The position numbers and the translations under genes are program-made. A stretch of 64,000 bases of DNA from the human T2T-CHM13v2.0 reference genome, Homo sapiens. The stretch lies in NCBI RefSeq assembly GCF_009914755.1, contig NC_060935.1; one strand, 5' to 3'. Of the stretch, positions 14,463-26,200 are shown in pieces. A model generated the notes under the pieces. It saw nothing but the letters and a program-made list of their open reading frames with translations. It was not told where the DNA came from and did no database searches. The first letter of the stretch is position 1; each line of letters starts with the position of its first letter.

Positions 14463-15239
14463 TATCTGAGCTGCTGAACGAAGGGTAGCTGCTGAACCAC
14501 TCCCACGGTGACTTGGAATGGCTTAGCCAGCCGGCCTTGGGCCACCTGGCTCTGGTCCCCCTGCCCACCAGGACTTTGGCCGGCTCTCGCTCGCCTCTGC
14601 GATGTCCGTCCCACCCAGTCTCACCCCTGCAGTTTTCTGCTCTGTGGAGCGATGATTGACACATGGCAGGGGGACACTGGTTTTGACATTTGAGCCTGTG
14701 CCCAGCCCTTGCCTGGGGAGGAGGTGGGGCAGGAGTCCTGAATGAGCATCTCCCTACTTAGTGACAGTCAGGGGCACGGAGAATGGTGCCCAGGCCAAGG
14801 GCAGGGCTTGGGCCAAGTGTGCGCAGCGTGGGGTGTGTGTGCTCCAGCGGCTCCTGCTGCGGAGGGCGGCATGAGGCTTGTTTACCTGTGTGCTGGCATC
14901 TCTGGTGGCCCCTGCAAGGGTGGGGAAGTGGCAGGCAGGGTGAAATGGGGAAAAGTGGGCTCTCAACTGCTCCTAGCAGCCTCCGGGTCTGGGGAGGGAA
15001 GTGAGGAGGGGCCCAGAGCTGTCTCCTGGTCACTCTTCTGGGGCTCTGTGCAGACCTTTGGCAGGGCCAGGCTACACCACACCCTCTACAACCTCCCCTG
15101 ACTTCGTCCCCTAACCCCTCACCACCATTCCTCCGCTTTTCTCTCCCCGCCCCTGCCTCCCCTCCATTCTCTCCTTCCCTCCACCTCCCGGTCCCATCCC
15201 CTGCCCACACTGCCCCTCCTCAGGCCCAAAGTGGACACC

Positions 15240-15850
15240 GGTGCTGCCTGAGGGTCAGAGTGTCCACCTCCAGCAGCCCGGGCACCGGGCAGGATTCAAG
15301 CTGGAGGGGGCTGGGGCGGGCGAAGCCGGGCACGGGGCGAGCCCGCTGGTGGGCGGGGCAGGGGCGGGTCCTTCGAGGGGAGGGGCGGGCTCGGCCAGTG
15401 AGAGCGCAGAAACCGTGGCACGGGCGCTCCCGGAACTGGCGATTGCAAAGCGCGAGGGCTGGAACTCAGACCCAGAGGGGCGGTCCCTGTTGCAAGTCAT
15501 CTCCCGAAAGGGCGGGGCCGGGGCTCATCCCGGAAGGACCGGTGTCTAGGTCACCCTGGAGCGCTCACCCCACCGGCACCCGTGCCCAAGCCCGCCCCTG
15601 CAAAGGCAGGTACTCGAGCACACTCCGGAGAGGGCGGCCTCTGAGCCCCGAACCCCGAACTCCGGCGCAGCGTCGCACCTCTGCCCAATGAGGTGCCCCT
15701 GACGTGCCTGCTGCGGCTGCCCTGCTCCCCCCAGCCTCCCTGCATCCCGGGATGGGGGAGGGCGCCAGGCGCAGCTCCCGGACCCTCAGGGGTCTCCCCG
15801 CCCTACCCCACCAGCCTGGGTTCGGTACCTCGGGGCTCAGATGTGCAGTC
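15240..15850 (+). promoter_or_regulatory. SLC22A18: CpG-island promoter of SLC22A18 with non-coding exon 1b (donor at 15609)
   Basis: High CpG density, several GGGCGG (Sp1) boxes, ETS-like ccggaag. Donor CAG|gtactc at 15609/15610 can splice to the acceptor at 16459. Confidence 0.75.
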
Positions 15851-15963
15851 AGCTGTTAATGTGGCAAAATTTGGGGAAGTCCTCTGCAGCCGCAAAATCC
15901 AGTTCCCACCAGTTGGAGGCCGGGCGGGGAAGGGTGGGGACAGACAGCACTCCGCTGTGGGAG
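15841..15963 (+). CDS. SLC22A18: SLC22A18 alternative coding first exon (1c) of an N-terminally extended 509-aa isoform
   Basis: ATG at 15841 plus 41 codons (MCSQLL...TPLWE), donor GAG|gtaagg, phase 0 into the stop-free 16459-16590 segment. 41+44+424=509 aa. Confidence 0.6.
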
Positions 15964-16590
15964 GTAAGGCAGAGCTACTGGGGAGCCTGGAAGGCTGAGC
16001 TATGTCTCCCCTACGCAAGACCATTCCAGAAGCCCCTTGGAGCTCTGGCTGCTGGCCACAGGGGAAGGTAGACCTTCCCTGAGAGCTGCACTGTGTTGGG
16101 GACAGGGCCACTGTGGGCCTACGGAGGGCCTCCAGGCACAGGGACCCACATCAGCCCTCTGGCCACAGAAGGCGCTGATGATTTGAGGTGGACTCAGCCA
16201 CCACTCCGAGCCTCTGCCTCCCTCTAAAAGTGGGGCATGGCACATTCCTGTGTCAGGCAACCAGGCACTGAGCCTGGCCCACCTGCAGGGGTCGGGGGGA
16301 GCAGCTTGTCCCTGTCTCCCCTCCCCGGGAGGCTGTGTGCCTGGAGACCAGAGCTGTCAAAAGTGGAGGAGGGGGACCCCCTGATGTGTCCTCTAAGGTC
16401 CAGGTAGCAGGAGAGCTCCACTGGGGAGGGGGTCCTGCAGTGCTGTCCTCTCTTGCAGGCAAGGCCAGGCGGGTGCTGCCTGGGACCCAGTGACTCAGCA
16501 CCCCTGCCCGGATCAACTGGACTTTTGCCCCCTGCTCCGCCAGCCTCCTGCTTGGATCTCTCCTGGGTCTCCCTGCTGCGCCTGTCCAGG

Positions 16591-16734
16591 ATGCAGGGAG
16601 CTCGGACTCCCAGGGACCAGGGCCAGTCCCCCGGCAGGATGAGCGCTCTAGGCCGGTCCTCGGTCATCTTGCTTACCTACGTGCTGGCCGCCACAGAACT
16701 TACCTGCCTCTTCATGCAGTTCTCCATCGTGCCA
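16591..16734 (+). CDS. SLC22A18: SLC22A18 coding exon (exon 2, starts 16459), aa 1-48
   Basis: Acceptor tcttgcag| at 16458, ATG at 16591, MQGARTPRDQGQSPGRMSALG...FSIVP, donor |gtgagt. Confidence 0.95.
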
Positions 16735-17030
16735 GTGAGTAACACACCCCAGCCCCTGCAGCCCCAGCCAGGGCTGAACCGCTGTTCCTCCTGCCCTCCA
16801 TCTGGGCCGTCGCAGAGAGTGGGGGTGGGGGTTTCATGCTGCCAGGGCCCCTCCCAGTTGGGACTCCATGCCACGCTTAAGCTGAGTAAGTTAAGGACTC
16901 TGCCTCTGGACCCCCGTCAGCACATCCTGTGCTCCAGCTTCAGTGCCAGCCCTGGGAGAAGCCATGGGGAGCCACCCCACTTCCCTCCTGGGGGCAGCAC
17001 CTCCTCAAACCTTCCTAGCGCTGTTCCTCC
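16704..17030 (-). other. SLC22A18AS: SLC22A18AS first (non-coding) exon; 5' end approximate
   Basis: Consensus minus-strand donor CAG|GTAAGT at 16704/16703 gives a 31-bp overlap (16704-16734) with SLC22A18 exon 2, matching the overlap length I recall for this pair. Confidence 0.65.
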
Positions 17031-18679
17031 TGCCTCTCACCCGGCAGCCTTTGCCCTCTGGAGTCCCTGCCCCAAGGGCTGTTCAATCCGGTGTGGCTCT
17101 GGGCAGATCACCCCTCAGAGAGGCTCTCCTTGCACCTGCCCGCAGCTTCTATCTCTCCCCTCCATCTTCTTGGGTCCTTGTTGTCCACTAAATGATCTGT
17201 GGCGGCAAATTGATCTCAAGCTTTTTCTTGCAAGAGATAGAATGCTCTCTTATTTTATTATCTCTGTTGCCAAATGCGGAAACATTTCATTGGCAAATTC
17301 ATGTTAGTTTAGTGTATCATTCAGTAGTCTATACCACAGTGTGTGGCTCTGGAAGCTGTAATAGTAATGATTAAATTATATTCACCAAGTCTGGAGAGGC
17401 TTGGGAACAAAGTCTCACATCACCAAGAAGCTCAGGCAGAGTCAGGGCCAACCTCGGCCCTTCCTGTGTTTGCTTCTGGGAAGCCCGGCGTGCGTGGGCT
17501 CAGACAGCTGCCCTCCTCCTCTCAGCCCTCAGAGCCTGGACCTGGGCATCTAGGCGGGAGTGGGGATGGGCCTTTGGCACCATTCCGGGCCTGGCAGAGG
17601 CTCCCAGCCCGAGGGTGAGCCTAAGGATCCCTCCCCTCCGTGCCTCAGGCGCCCCGCCCACTCCTGCTAAATGGCTGGGGCCAAGCCCTGAATCTCCTCC
17701 CTACCCGTGGGGAAGGCTGGGCAGGAGCCTTGCTTTTCTCATCATAAAATGGGTAATAACAGTCCCTCCCTGTAGGGTTGGTGCGGGGAAGAGTGAATGA
17801 GAAGTCAGAACCCTTCCCACAGCTGGGCACAGAGCACAGGTGGAGTGGCTTCAGCCACCCATCGACTCTCATGGGGAGTAACTCCGTGCTGAGTGCCCAG
17901 GAGCTGACCCTGATGTCAGAACCTGAAATACTGCAGAGTGTAAAAATCCTCAACAGCCCACTCCCTCGGAGCTGGGGGTCCACACGCACAGGGGCTGCAG
18001 TGGGAAGGGGGCGAGGTCTTCCTCATAGAGAAGGCAACCTTGGAGCAGGGCTGGAAGGAAGCAGGAGAGGCCCCGGGGCAGTGGAGAGAGCAGAGTGGCT
18101 AGAGTGGACCGGTTGAGGCCAGAATGGGACCACACCCCACCTGCTGCTCAGAGAACTCCGGGCTGGTGATGGCTGTGGAGGAGGTGAGAGGTGGCTGGAT
18201 TTTGCATGTGTTGTCAATGGACTGTAGTGGGTGTGAGAGAAAGCAGGGCTCAGGGAGCACTGAAGATCTGGGCCTGAGCCCATAAGGAAGGAGGCATGGA
18301 CAGGAGGAGAGGGAAAGATGGGAGCCCAGCTGGGGACGGGTTGAGTTTGAGACGATTTTCGACCCCAGTGGAGAGCCGAAGGGAGCTGGACACAAGGCAG
18401 TTCAGCACAGAGGCTCTGGGGCCCTGCAGCATGGAGACGGTCATGGGCTGGGCTCCCCCAGAGGGCAGGGAGGCTGGAGGTCGGATGAGCTGGGGGAACT
18501 GGCAGTGGTGGTGGAGGAGGGGCAAAGGACCCAGCACAGCCCAGAGCAGCAGACCATCGTGGAGGAGGGAAGAAGCCACGAAGGCAACTGTCACTCCAGT
18601 GGGAGGCCTGCCAAAGCGGACCACTGGAGGCAGCAGTGTGGGTTCAATGGGGACCTCAGGGAGAGGGGAGACAGCAGGA

Positions 18680-18906
18680 GGTTTTTTGTCCTTGCAATAG
18701 TTTGCTCAGAATGAAGGTTTCCAGCTTCATCCATGTACAAAGCACATGAACTCATCCTTTTTTATGGCTGCATAGTATTCCATGGTTTATATGTGCCACA
18801 TTTTCTTAATCCAGTCTGTCATTGATGGACATTTGGGTTGGTTCCAAGTCTTTGCTATTGTAAACAGTGCCGCGATAAAAATACGTGTGCATGTGTCTTT
18901 ATAGTA
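18680..18906 (-). mobile_element. L1PA fragment; inverted copy of 19644-19870
   Basis: Reverse complement aligns at about 95-96% identity to the neighbouring L1 (hand alignment). Confidence 0.9.
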
Positions 18907-19307
18907 TAGTCCCCTGGGGCCTGCTCCGAGGGCTGGGAGAGAAGGAAAGAGATGGAAAGAGAGGAGGCTGCAAGGTGAGGCAGCTGCTCAGAGCTCCGCC
19001 CTCAAATATGTGGGAGTAGCTGTAGGGGAGGGTCAAGAGAACGCAAGAGAAGTAACAGGATGTGAGTATGCTCCATTGCCACCCCCTCAAAAGGGGATTG
19101 TGCAGAGAAACGGGGAGAGAGGAGCACTGGGAGCTTGGTCCAGTGGGTGCCCCCACAGAAGGGGACTGTGCAGAGAAACGGAGAGAGGAACATTGGGAGC
19201 CCTGCCCTTGAGGAGGCAAAAGGTTGGGATGTGACGCAGGCAGGGAGGATGACTTGGGTAGGCGAGGACAGGTGGGCAGGCTTGGGGATGAGAAACTCAG
19301 CATCCTC

Positions 19308-20144
19308 TATGAACAGACACTTCTCAAAAGAAGACCTTTATGCAGCCAACAGACACATGAGAAAATGCTCATCATCACTGGTCATCAGAGAAATGCAAGT
19401 CAAAACCACAATGAGATACCATCTCACACCAGTTAGAATGGCGATCATGAAAAAGTCAGGAAACAACAGATGCTGGAGAGGACGTGGAGAAATAGGAACA
19501 CTTTTACACTGTTGGTGGGACTGTAAACTAGTTCAACCATTGTGGAAGACATGTGGCGATTCTTCAAGGATCTAGAACTAGAAATACCATTTGACCCAGC
19601 GATCCCATTACTGGGTATATACCCAAAGGATTATAAATCATGCTACTATAAAGACACATGCACACGTATGTTTATCGCGGCACTACCTACAATAGCAAAG
19701 ACTTGGAACCAACCCAAATGTCCATCAGTGATAGACTGGATTAAGAAAATGTGGCACATATAAACCATGGAATACTATGCAGCCATAAAAAAGGATGAGT
19801 TCATGTCCTTTGTACATGGATGAAGCTGGAAACCATCATTCTGAGCAAACTATCGCAAGGACAGAAAACCAGACACCACATGTTCTCACTCATAGGTGGG
19901 AATTGAACAATGAGAACACCTGGACACAGGGCGGGGAATATCACACACTGGGGCCTGTCGTGGGGTGGGGGGAGGGGAGAGGGATAGCATTAAGAGAAAT
20001 ACCTAATGTAAACGACGAGTTAATGGGTGCAGCAAACCAACATGGCACATGTATACATATGTAACAAACCTGCACGTTGTGTACATGTACCCTAGAACTT
20101 AAAGTATAATAAAAAAACAAAAAGAGAGAAAAGAAAAAAAAAAA
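19308..20144 (+). mobile_element. 5'-truncated L1PA (end of ORF2, 3'UTR, poly-A) with 18-bp TSD
   Basis: ORF2 C-terminal peptides (MNRHFSKED..., [21 protein letters not shown]). TSD gagaa(a/g)ctcagcatcctc at 19290-19307 and 20145-20162. Confidence 0.95.
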
Positions 20145-20474
20145 GAGAAGCTCAGCATCCTCACACTAGCGGCGCTGGGGAGGGGAGGGATGGAGGAGGC
20201 AGAGGTTTACTAGGGGAATGTGGGGTGATTGTCAGGTCAAGCTCACAAACAAAGGAGAGATCTGGCAGACAGAGGGCTTTCCCATCCTCGAGGGAGCAGG
20301 GATGGAGCTGAAGGAAGAAGGAGTCTGGGGTTGGGGATGGGGGGGTTACCGACTGCCCTTGGGACTGAAGTGCTCTGGGGAGAATTCGTGTGGACCAAGG
20401 GGGACAGTGGAAAGAAGGGGAGTGGGACCCCAAGACTGAGCTTAGGGAAAGGTCCAGGGGAGGGGGCGGGGGCG

Positions 20475-20885
20475 GTGTATTAGCATCTGGGGCTGCCATA
20501 ACAAAGTATCCAAAACCCTGGGGGCTTAGAGCAACAGAAGCCTATTGTCTCACAGTTTGGGAGGCCAGAAGTCTGAGATCAAGGCTCCCTCTGAAACCCA
20601 CGGGGGAGGATCCTTCCCACCTCTTCCAGCCCCTGGGAGCCCAGACATCCCTTGGCTTGTGGCCACATCACTCTGTCTTCCCATGGATTTTTACAACGTC
20701 ATCCATCCGAGTGTGTCTGTGTCCCAAATTCTCCTCCTAATGAGGACACGGGTCACATTAGATCAGGGCCCTCCCTCATGTCCTCACTGTAACCTGATTA
20801 ACCCCATTTCCTAAGAATGTCACATTCTGAGGTTCTGGAGGTTAAGACATATGAATTTGGGGGGTACACAATGAAGCCCATAATA
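20475..20885 (-). mobile_element. MLT1-type MaLR LTR
   Basis: tgtattagc...gggctgccataacaaagta...gtcacattctgaggttctggaggttaagac, typical MLT1 antisense motifs. Confidence 0.75.
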
Positions 20886-21478
20886 AGTTACATCACTGGA
20901 AGGAGAGTCGGGAACTCAGAGGCAGGGGCAGGGGGAGGAGCGGCTGCAGGGGGACCAAATCACAGAGAATTAGGGCAGGATATAAGGGTGTCCCTGGGAG
21001 GGATGCTGTCATGGACCTACTCCTCCGGAGGGGCTGAAGGGCTGGGGCCTCACAGAGCAGACTGTGTCCTGCTGGGCAATGGGCCACCTCTTGGAGGTCA
21101 CTTGGGGGCCTTGGGACAATCTGTTGCTGGCCAGGACACTGCTGCTGGCGTCCCCCACAAAGTTTTGAATGAATGAAGACAAAATGGTGGGGGTCAGGTG
21201 CCTCTCTGGGGCGTGCCCCCAGAGGGGAAGGACCCTAGAGGCCACCCTGGGCTCCCGCCTAGGAGAGGAGTTGCAAGGACCTTAGAGACCACAACAGGCT
21301 TCCGCCTAGGAGAAGAGGAGCAGGGTCCCCCTGGGAAGGGCCCCTCGATGGTCATACTGTGCAGTCAACAGAACCCAGGCCCTCGGTCCCCTCCCACCCC
21401 CTGCCCATCCAGGGACCCCAGATTCTAGGCCCTGCAGTCTTTCCCAGCCCCTCCCCCGGGCTCCCTCCTGTGTTTCAG

Positions 21479-21576
21479 TACCTGTCTCGGAAACTGGGCC
21501 TGGATTCCATTGCCTTCGGCTACCTGCAAACCACCTTCGGGGTGCTGCAGCTGCTGGGCGGGCCGGTGTTTGGCAG
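21479..21576 (+). CDS. SLC22A18: SLC22A18 exon 3
   Basis: tttcag|TACCTG...GGCAG|gtacag; YLSRKLGLDSIAFGYLQTTFGVLQLLGGPVFGR. Confidence 0.95.
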
Positions 21577-22241
21577 GTACAGTGTGTGTGTGTACAGGGG
21601 CTCTCCCCACAGTGACCCAGGCCCCCTCTCAGACGCCATGGGCTCAGACGGGCCAGGTTCCCTGACCCCACACCGGACCCCCCTGGGATGACGGCACTCC
21701 TGTGTCACAGGCCGATGGGGGTGCAGAAGAACTTTGGCCCCTGGTAGGCTCCCGGGTGTCCCACCCACGCCTTCCACTACTCCTGCCTGTGGCCAGAGAG
21801 AGAGTGTGACTGGTGAACACCTCGTGGCTGTAAGCACCAGCCCGTAGGCCTGCCGAGACCAGGCAGGAGGGACTTTGGGGGCTCCATACACCCCGGGTCT
21901 CAGTGCTGTGGGAACACTGAGCTTGAGAGAGGACAGGGACATCCTCCCACAAGCCACAGCAGACAGGGGAGCAAGGGACACGTATTGGGAGTTGCCTCTT
22001 CAGAGCAACCCGTAGGCAGAAATGAAGGGTTCCGCAGGCAGCAGACCAGCAGCGATCTCTGGGAGGGTTTCCAGTGGCCCAGAACAGAAGGGAGAAAGGC
22101 GCTGCTTTCTCAGACCCAACCTGACAAACGCCTTCTGTAAAACGCGGGCCCACCCTTTGGTCCCCTGGGATTCCACCATTTATTTTTACACGGAGTTGGT
22201 CTTTGCCCTGGGTCAGACTCCCAGCTCAGTGAAGCTGTCTG

Positions 22242-22306
22242 CGCACAGCCCCACTGGGACGCTGGGGAAACTGAGGCCCTGAGAGGAGGGAGGCCTCCCA
22301 GCAGCC
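22242..22306 (+). repeat. 65-bp direct repeat, copy 1 (copy 2 at 23205-23269)
   Basis: cgcacagccccactgggacgctggggaaactgaggccctgagaggagggaggcctcccagcagcc is identical in both places. Confidence 0.95.
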
Positions 22307-22441
22307 GCCCAGGCGCCCCCGCCCTCCATCCCCATCCCGCACTCCAGCCTCCCTGGTCAGCCCCGCCTGGGCAGCCCCTGGACGGGGGGAAGGGGACACT
22401 GACCGCCTCCCTGAGGGTCCGACCCGCCCCTCGGCCCCCAG

Positions 22442-22602
22442 GTTCGCAGACCAGCGCGGGGCGCGGGCGGCGCTCACGCTCTCCTTCCTGGCTGCCTTGG
22501 CGCTCTACCTGCTCCTGGCGGCCGCCTCCAGCCCGGCCCTGCCCGGGGTCTACCTGCTCTTCGCCTCGCGCCTGCCCGGAGCGCTCATGCACACGCTGCC
22601 AG
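22442..22602 (+). CDS. SLC22A18: SLC22A18 exon 4
   Basis: ccccag|GTTCGCA...CCAG|gtaggg; FADQRGARAALTL...LMHTLP, completing the MFS motif-A-like G-R-F-A-D-Q-R-G-A-R. Confidence 0.95.
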
Positions 22603-22822
22603 GTAGGGCCGGGGGACTGGAGTCCAGGTGGGGCCGGGTCGGGGGCAGCCTGCGGAGGACCCGGGACACCGCCAGGGAGGTCTGCGTGCGCGCGGGGTCT
22701 GGCCCTAAGGGCTGGACGGGGGTGGGGGGCGACGTGGGGCGTGGCTTGTGGAGGGGCGGGTCAGGGGGGGAAGGGCCCCACCGAGGGTCTTTCGCCGCTC
22801 AGCTCCCCCGCCCCGTCCCCAG

Positions 22823-22955
22823 CCGCCCAGATGGTCATCACGGACCTGTCGGCACCCGAGGAGCGGCCCGCGGCCCTGGGCCGGCTGGGCCTCTGCTTCG
22901 GCGTCGGAGTCATCCTCGGCTCCCTGCTGGGCGGGACCCTGGTCTCCGCGTACGG
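22823..22955 (+). CDS. SLC22A18: SLC22A18 exon 5
   Basis: ccccag|CCGCCCAG...TACGG|gtgagt; AQMVITDLSAPEERPAALGRLG...SAYG. Confidence 0.95.
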
Positions 22956-23204
22956 GTGAGTGGTGGGGGCCGGGGCGGAGTCTGTGGGTCAGGACGCCCG
23001 CCGCTGGGTCGGCCCCGCCCCGCCTCCTCTTGGCCTCGGTTTCCTCTTTTGCTCGTGGGGCGCGAGTGGCCACGTGATGTGGCTACTGGGGACGTCTGGC
23101 CCCGCGCGAGGCCTAGGCCTGACCTCCCGGGCTGGCTGGCCCTGGATAGGGCCAGGTGATGTCCCAGTGCTGTCCGGGGCGCGACTGGACTGCCAAGCTG
23201 TCCA

Positions 23205-23269
23205 CGCACAGCCCCACTGGGACGCTGGGGAAACTGAGGCCCTGAGAGGAGGGAGGCCTCCCAGCAGCC
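23205..23269 (+). repeat. 65-bp direct repeat, copy 2
   Basis: Identical to 22242-22306. Confidence 0.95.
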
Positions 23270-26200
23270 TCCTGCTGGGGACAGGAGCACCCTGGGGCTG
23301 GGATGCTGTGGCAGCGGGGCTGAGCTGTTGGACGGTGCCCAGAGCACACCTCCCTCTCCGGAGGTCTCTAGGGCTGTGCTGCCGGCCTTGTTTGAGTCCC
23401 CGAACGTTCTCCCAGCATTTTCACTGGAGCCTGGGCTGGGGACTGATGGCTGCTGATGGCTGTGAGCAGGAGGTGGAGTGGGGTGGGGTGGGTAGTTTGA
23501 ACACCTCAACATTGCCCCCAGGACTCTGGTTCTAGAATACAGCGGCAGACAACACAGGCTGAGTCCCTGGGATGAAGGGAATGTGATAGGAATTCCCGTA
23601 ACATCAGGCTGAGCTACATGGAGCAAAAAGTCACAAAGTAGAACTGGGGGCTCGATGGATGGGATCACTAGGGCCTGTCTGAGGAGGCGGCATCTGAGTC
23701 GAGGCCTGAAGCAGGAGAGGGAGGCAAAGAAACCACGGTGCAGAGGCCCTGGGTGTGGAAGCCAGGGGGCCGTGTGGCTGGAGGGAGGAAGAAGGGGCAG
23801 GCACCAGGCCGGGGTGCCCTGGGTGGCACAGCAGGGGTGAGAATGGGGGGTGAGCTCCCCTGCAGGGAGACCGGTAGGACAGCCATTGTGCCGGCCGAGG
23901 TGGGGGAGGACAGTGGCTGGACCAGAGGGGACCGTGATGAGAGAAAGCAGAGGGTAGATTCTGGCTGGGTTTTGCCAGTGGGTGGGATGTGGGTGTGAAC
24001 TCAAGATGGCAGTGCCAAGGCCGTGCCTGACCCTGGGGAGCCTGGCGCCTTGCGCAGAGGCCCAAGCAGCCTGGGGTGCCACTGGGATTTGGGTCTTGTT
24101 CAGGCCCAGCCTGGGTGCCTGTCAGGCACTCCAGGGAGCTACTGAGTAGGCACCCAGATAAGGGGGAGAAATGGGGTGCATCTTCAAGTGTGGATGGCTC
24201 GGAGCCCTGCGCCCCCCAGCACTTCATGTTTCGGGGCTGGGAGGTGAGGAGGGAGCACGTCCTGGGAGCCAAGGGCCACTGGATTTGTGGGGGTCAGGGA
24301 CCCGTGCCTCTACCGCTGGTGGCCAAGGAAGCCACAGTGGCCCACCATCTGCAGCAGGGAGGCCACCCCAGTGCTGGACCAGCACCACCCCCTCAAGTCA
24401 GTGCCAGCCGCAGAAGCCTCATGCAATAGACGGATCAAGGGAAATGGGGAGAAAAGAGAGGGGGTCGGGAAGTCGTGCTATAAATGGGGGCAGAGGTGGG
24501 TCCAGGAGGCTATGCTCAGGGTGGGAGGAGCCATGGGGAGGCGCCCCAGCGAGAGGGAAGGGCTGATGTGGGAGCCAAGCACACTGCTGGGAGGGTGTCC
24601 CTGGAGGATGGGGCTTAGGGCACTTGTGTGGGCAGCTCTGGTGGGACAGCAGGGACGGCTCACCCTGGGGCCAGGGGGCTGGCAGGTGTGAGGTGTGGGG
24701 AGCCGGCACCACCCAGGGCCTGTCTCTCCAGGGTGGCCAGGGTGAGGAAGGGCGTGAGGAGGGCACGGGGAGGAGCACTGGGCCCCAGCAGGTGGCTGAG
24801 CTGGGCGGCTGCCATCCCAGGGTACTGCCCACCCCCAGGTACTCTGCCGGCTCAGGGCCCAGCCGCCTGCTGCCGCCTCCTTCCCTGGCCAGCCTTCCTC
24901 ACCTATGAAATGGGCCCTCCCCTGCCCTTACTCACCCACAACGATGCTGGGAGGGTCCCAGCTCGCTCAGGCAGTAAGCCGTGGCCATGGTGCTGGAGCA
25001 GCTCAGCACACATGCCTCCTGCAGGCCCGTCTACGAGGCCACAGGTCCCCTCCTGTCCTCACCTGCCCTTTCCCCCATCCCAGCTGCTGACCCAGAAGAC
25101 ACCACTCATGTCCCTCTCCCTCCCAGTAGCTGCCAAGACGGCCTCTACCTCTGCCCACACCTGCCAGAACATTCCATTCGCTTCCCTGCCTCCATTCATC
25201 CCAAGATCTGAGGCGCTTTACAATCTTGACGTTTCATAATCAGACCAGCTGTGACATTTCCTTTGATGGGAGGGGTAACCGAGGCCCAGGAGATGATGAG
25301 GCTCCCTCCATGGAGCTCCCCAGTCCCCGTCCAAGGCCCAGGCAGTGTGGGACTCCCTCAGGTTCCTCATACCACACCCAAGACACGGGGTGCTGCTTGG
25401 GCACTGTGGCAAAAGCTGGCTGCCCAGAGTGGTGGTGGCACAGGAGGGCTGCGGGGTTGACCTTGTGGCTGGTAATCTGCCTTTGTCCAACCCAGACAGG
25501 GTGAGGGAGGCCCACACCTCCCCCTCGGGGGCTCACCGAAGGCAGTGGGGCCAGGTGCCAGCCAGGCTCCAAAGCCTGGTGCCCCATGGCAAGGGCCAGC
25601 CCCCTGGCCCTCTTGGTCCGGCTGCCCCAACGCCTGCAGCCTGTTCTGGCTCCTGGCCTGGTGCGGGGCAGGAGTCTGGTGCAGCTGTGAACATCCCCCG
25701 CCTTGCAGCCTTCCTGCCCTTCCTTGATGGAAACCGAGGCACAACATGTGTGGGCTTTCCCTCCCTGCCCACCCACCTGTGTATCCCATTCCTCTGGAAG
25801 GCCCCAGTCCTGCCTCATCCGCACCCACCTGGGCAGCAGGTGGGAGGAGGAAGTGGACTTGGCACCCACAGGCTGCGGGGGCGGGCACTGGTATAACTGG
25901 TTTGGGCCCAGCCTCCAGAGCCCAGGGCTGAGAGGCCAGGCTGGCCTGAGGAGGGACCCGGGACCTGAGTCACTGCACACACGCTGGGTGGGGGGTGGCT
26001 CTGTGACTCATGTTCTGAGCCCAGCCCCTCACAGACTGGGGAGGGATGGGGAGGGGCCATAGAGTCCTATCCTGAGCCAGACAGCAGGGAGCCCTGCAGG
26101 GTTTGCCTTCCCCGGGTGGACAGGCAGCCACCAGGGCCATGCCGGTGCCATGGGGGTGCCAGGGCCCTGTGGGCAGGACACCCCTGCCCAGCCAAGAAAA

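Larger units (their letters stand above)
22300..23200. promoter_or_regulatory. Intragenic CpG island over SLC22A18 exons 4-5
   Basis: Very high GC and CpG content; CACGTG E-box at 23071. Confidence 0.75.

Noticed and set aside
16453-17307. 284-aa ORF read as a single-exon gene
   Set aside because: Only 16459/16591-16734 is exonic SLC22A18; the rest is read-through past a clear donor into intron 2.
19135-20064. ORFs with L1 ORF2-like peptides
   Set aside because: Frameshifted remnants of a 5'-truncated L1, not a functional gene.
22910-24082. 390-aa minus-strand ORF
   Set aside because: GC-rich, Pro/Ser-rich low-complexity translation antisense to an intron and CpG island; no domain; expected by chance at this GC content.
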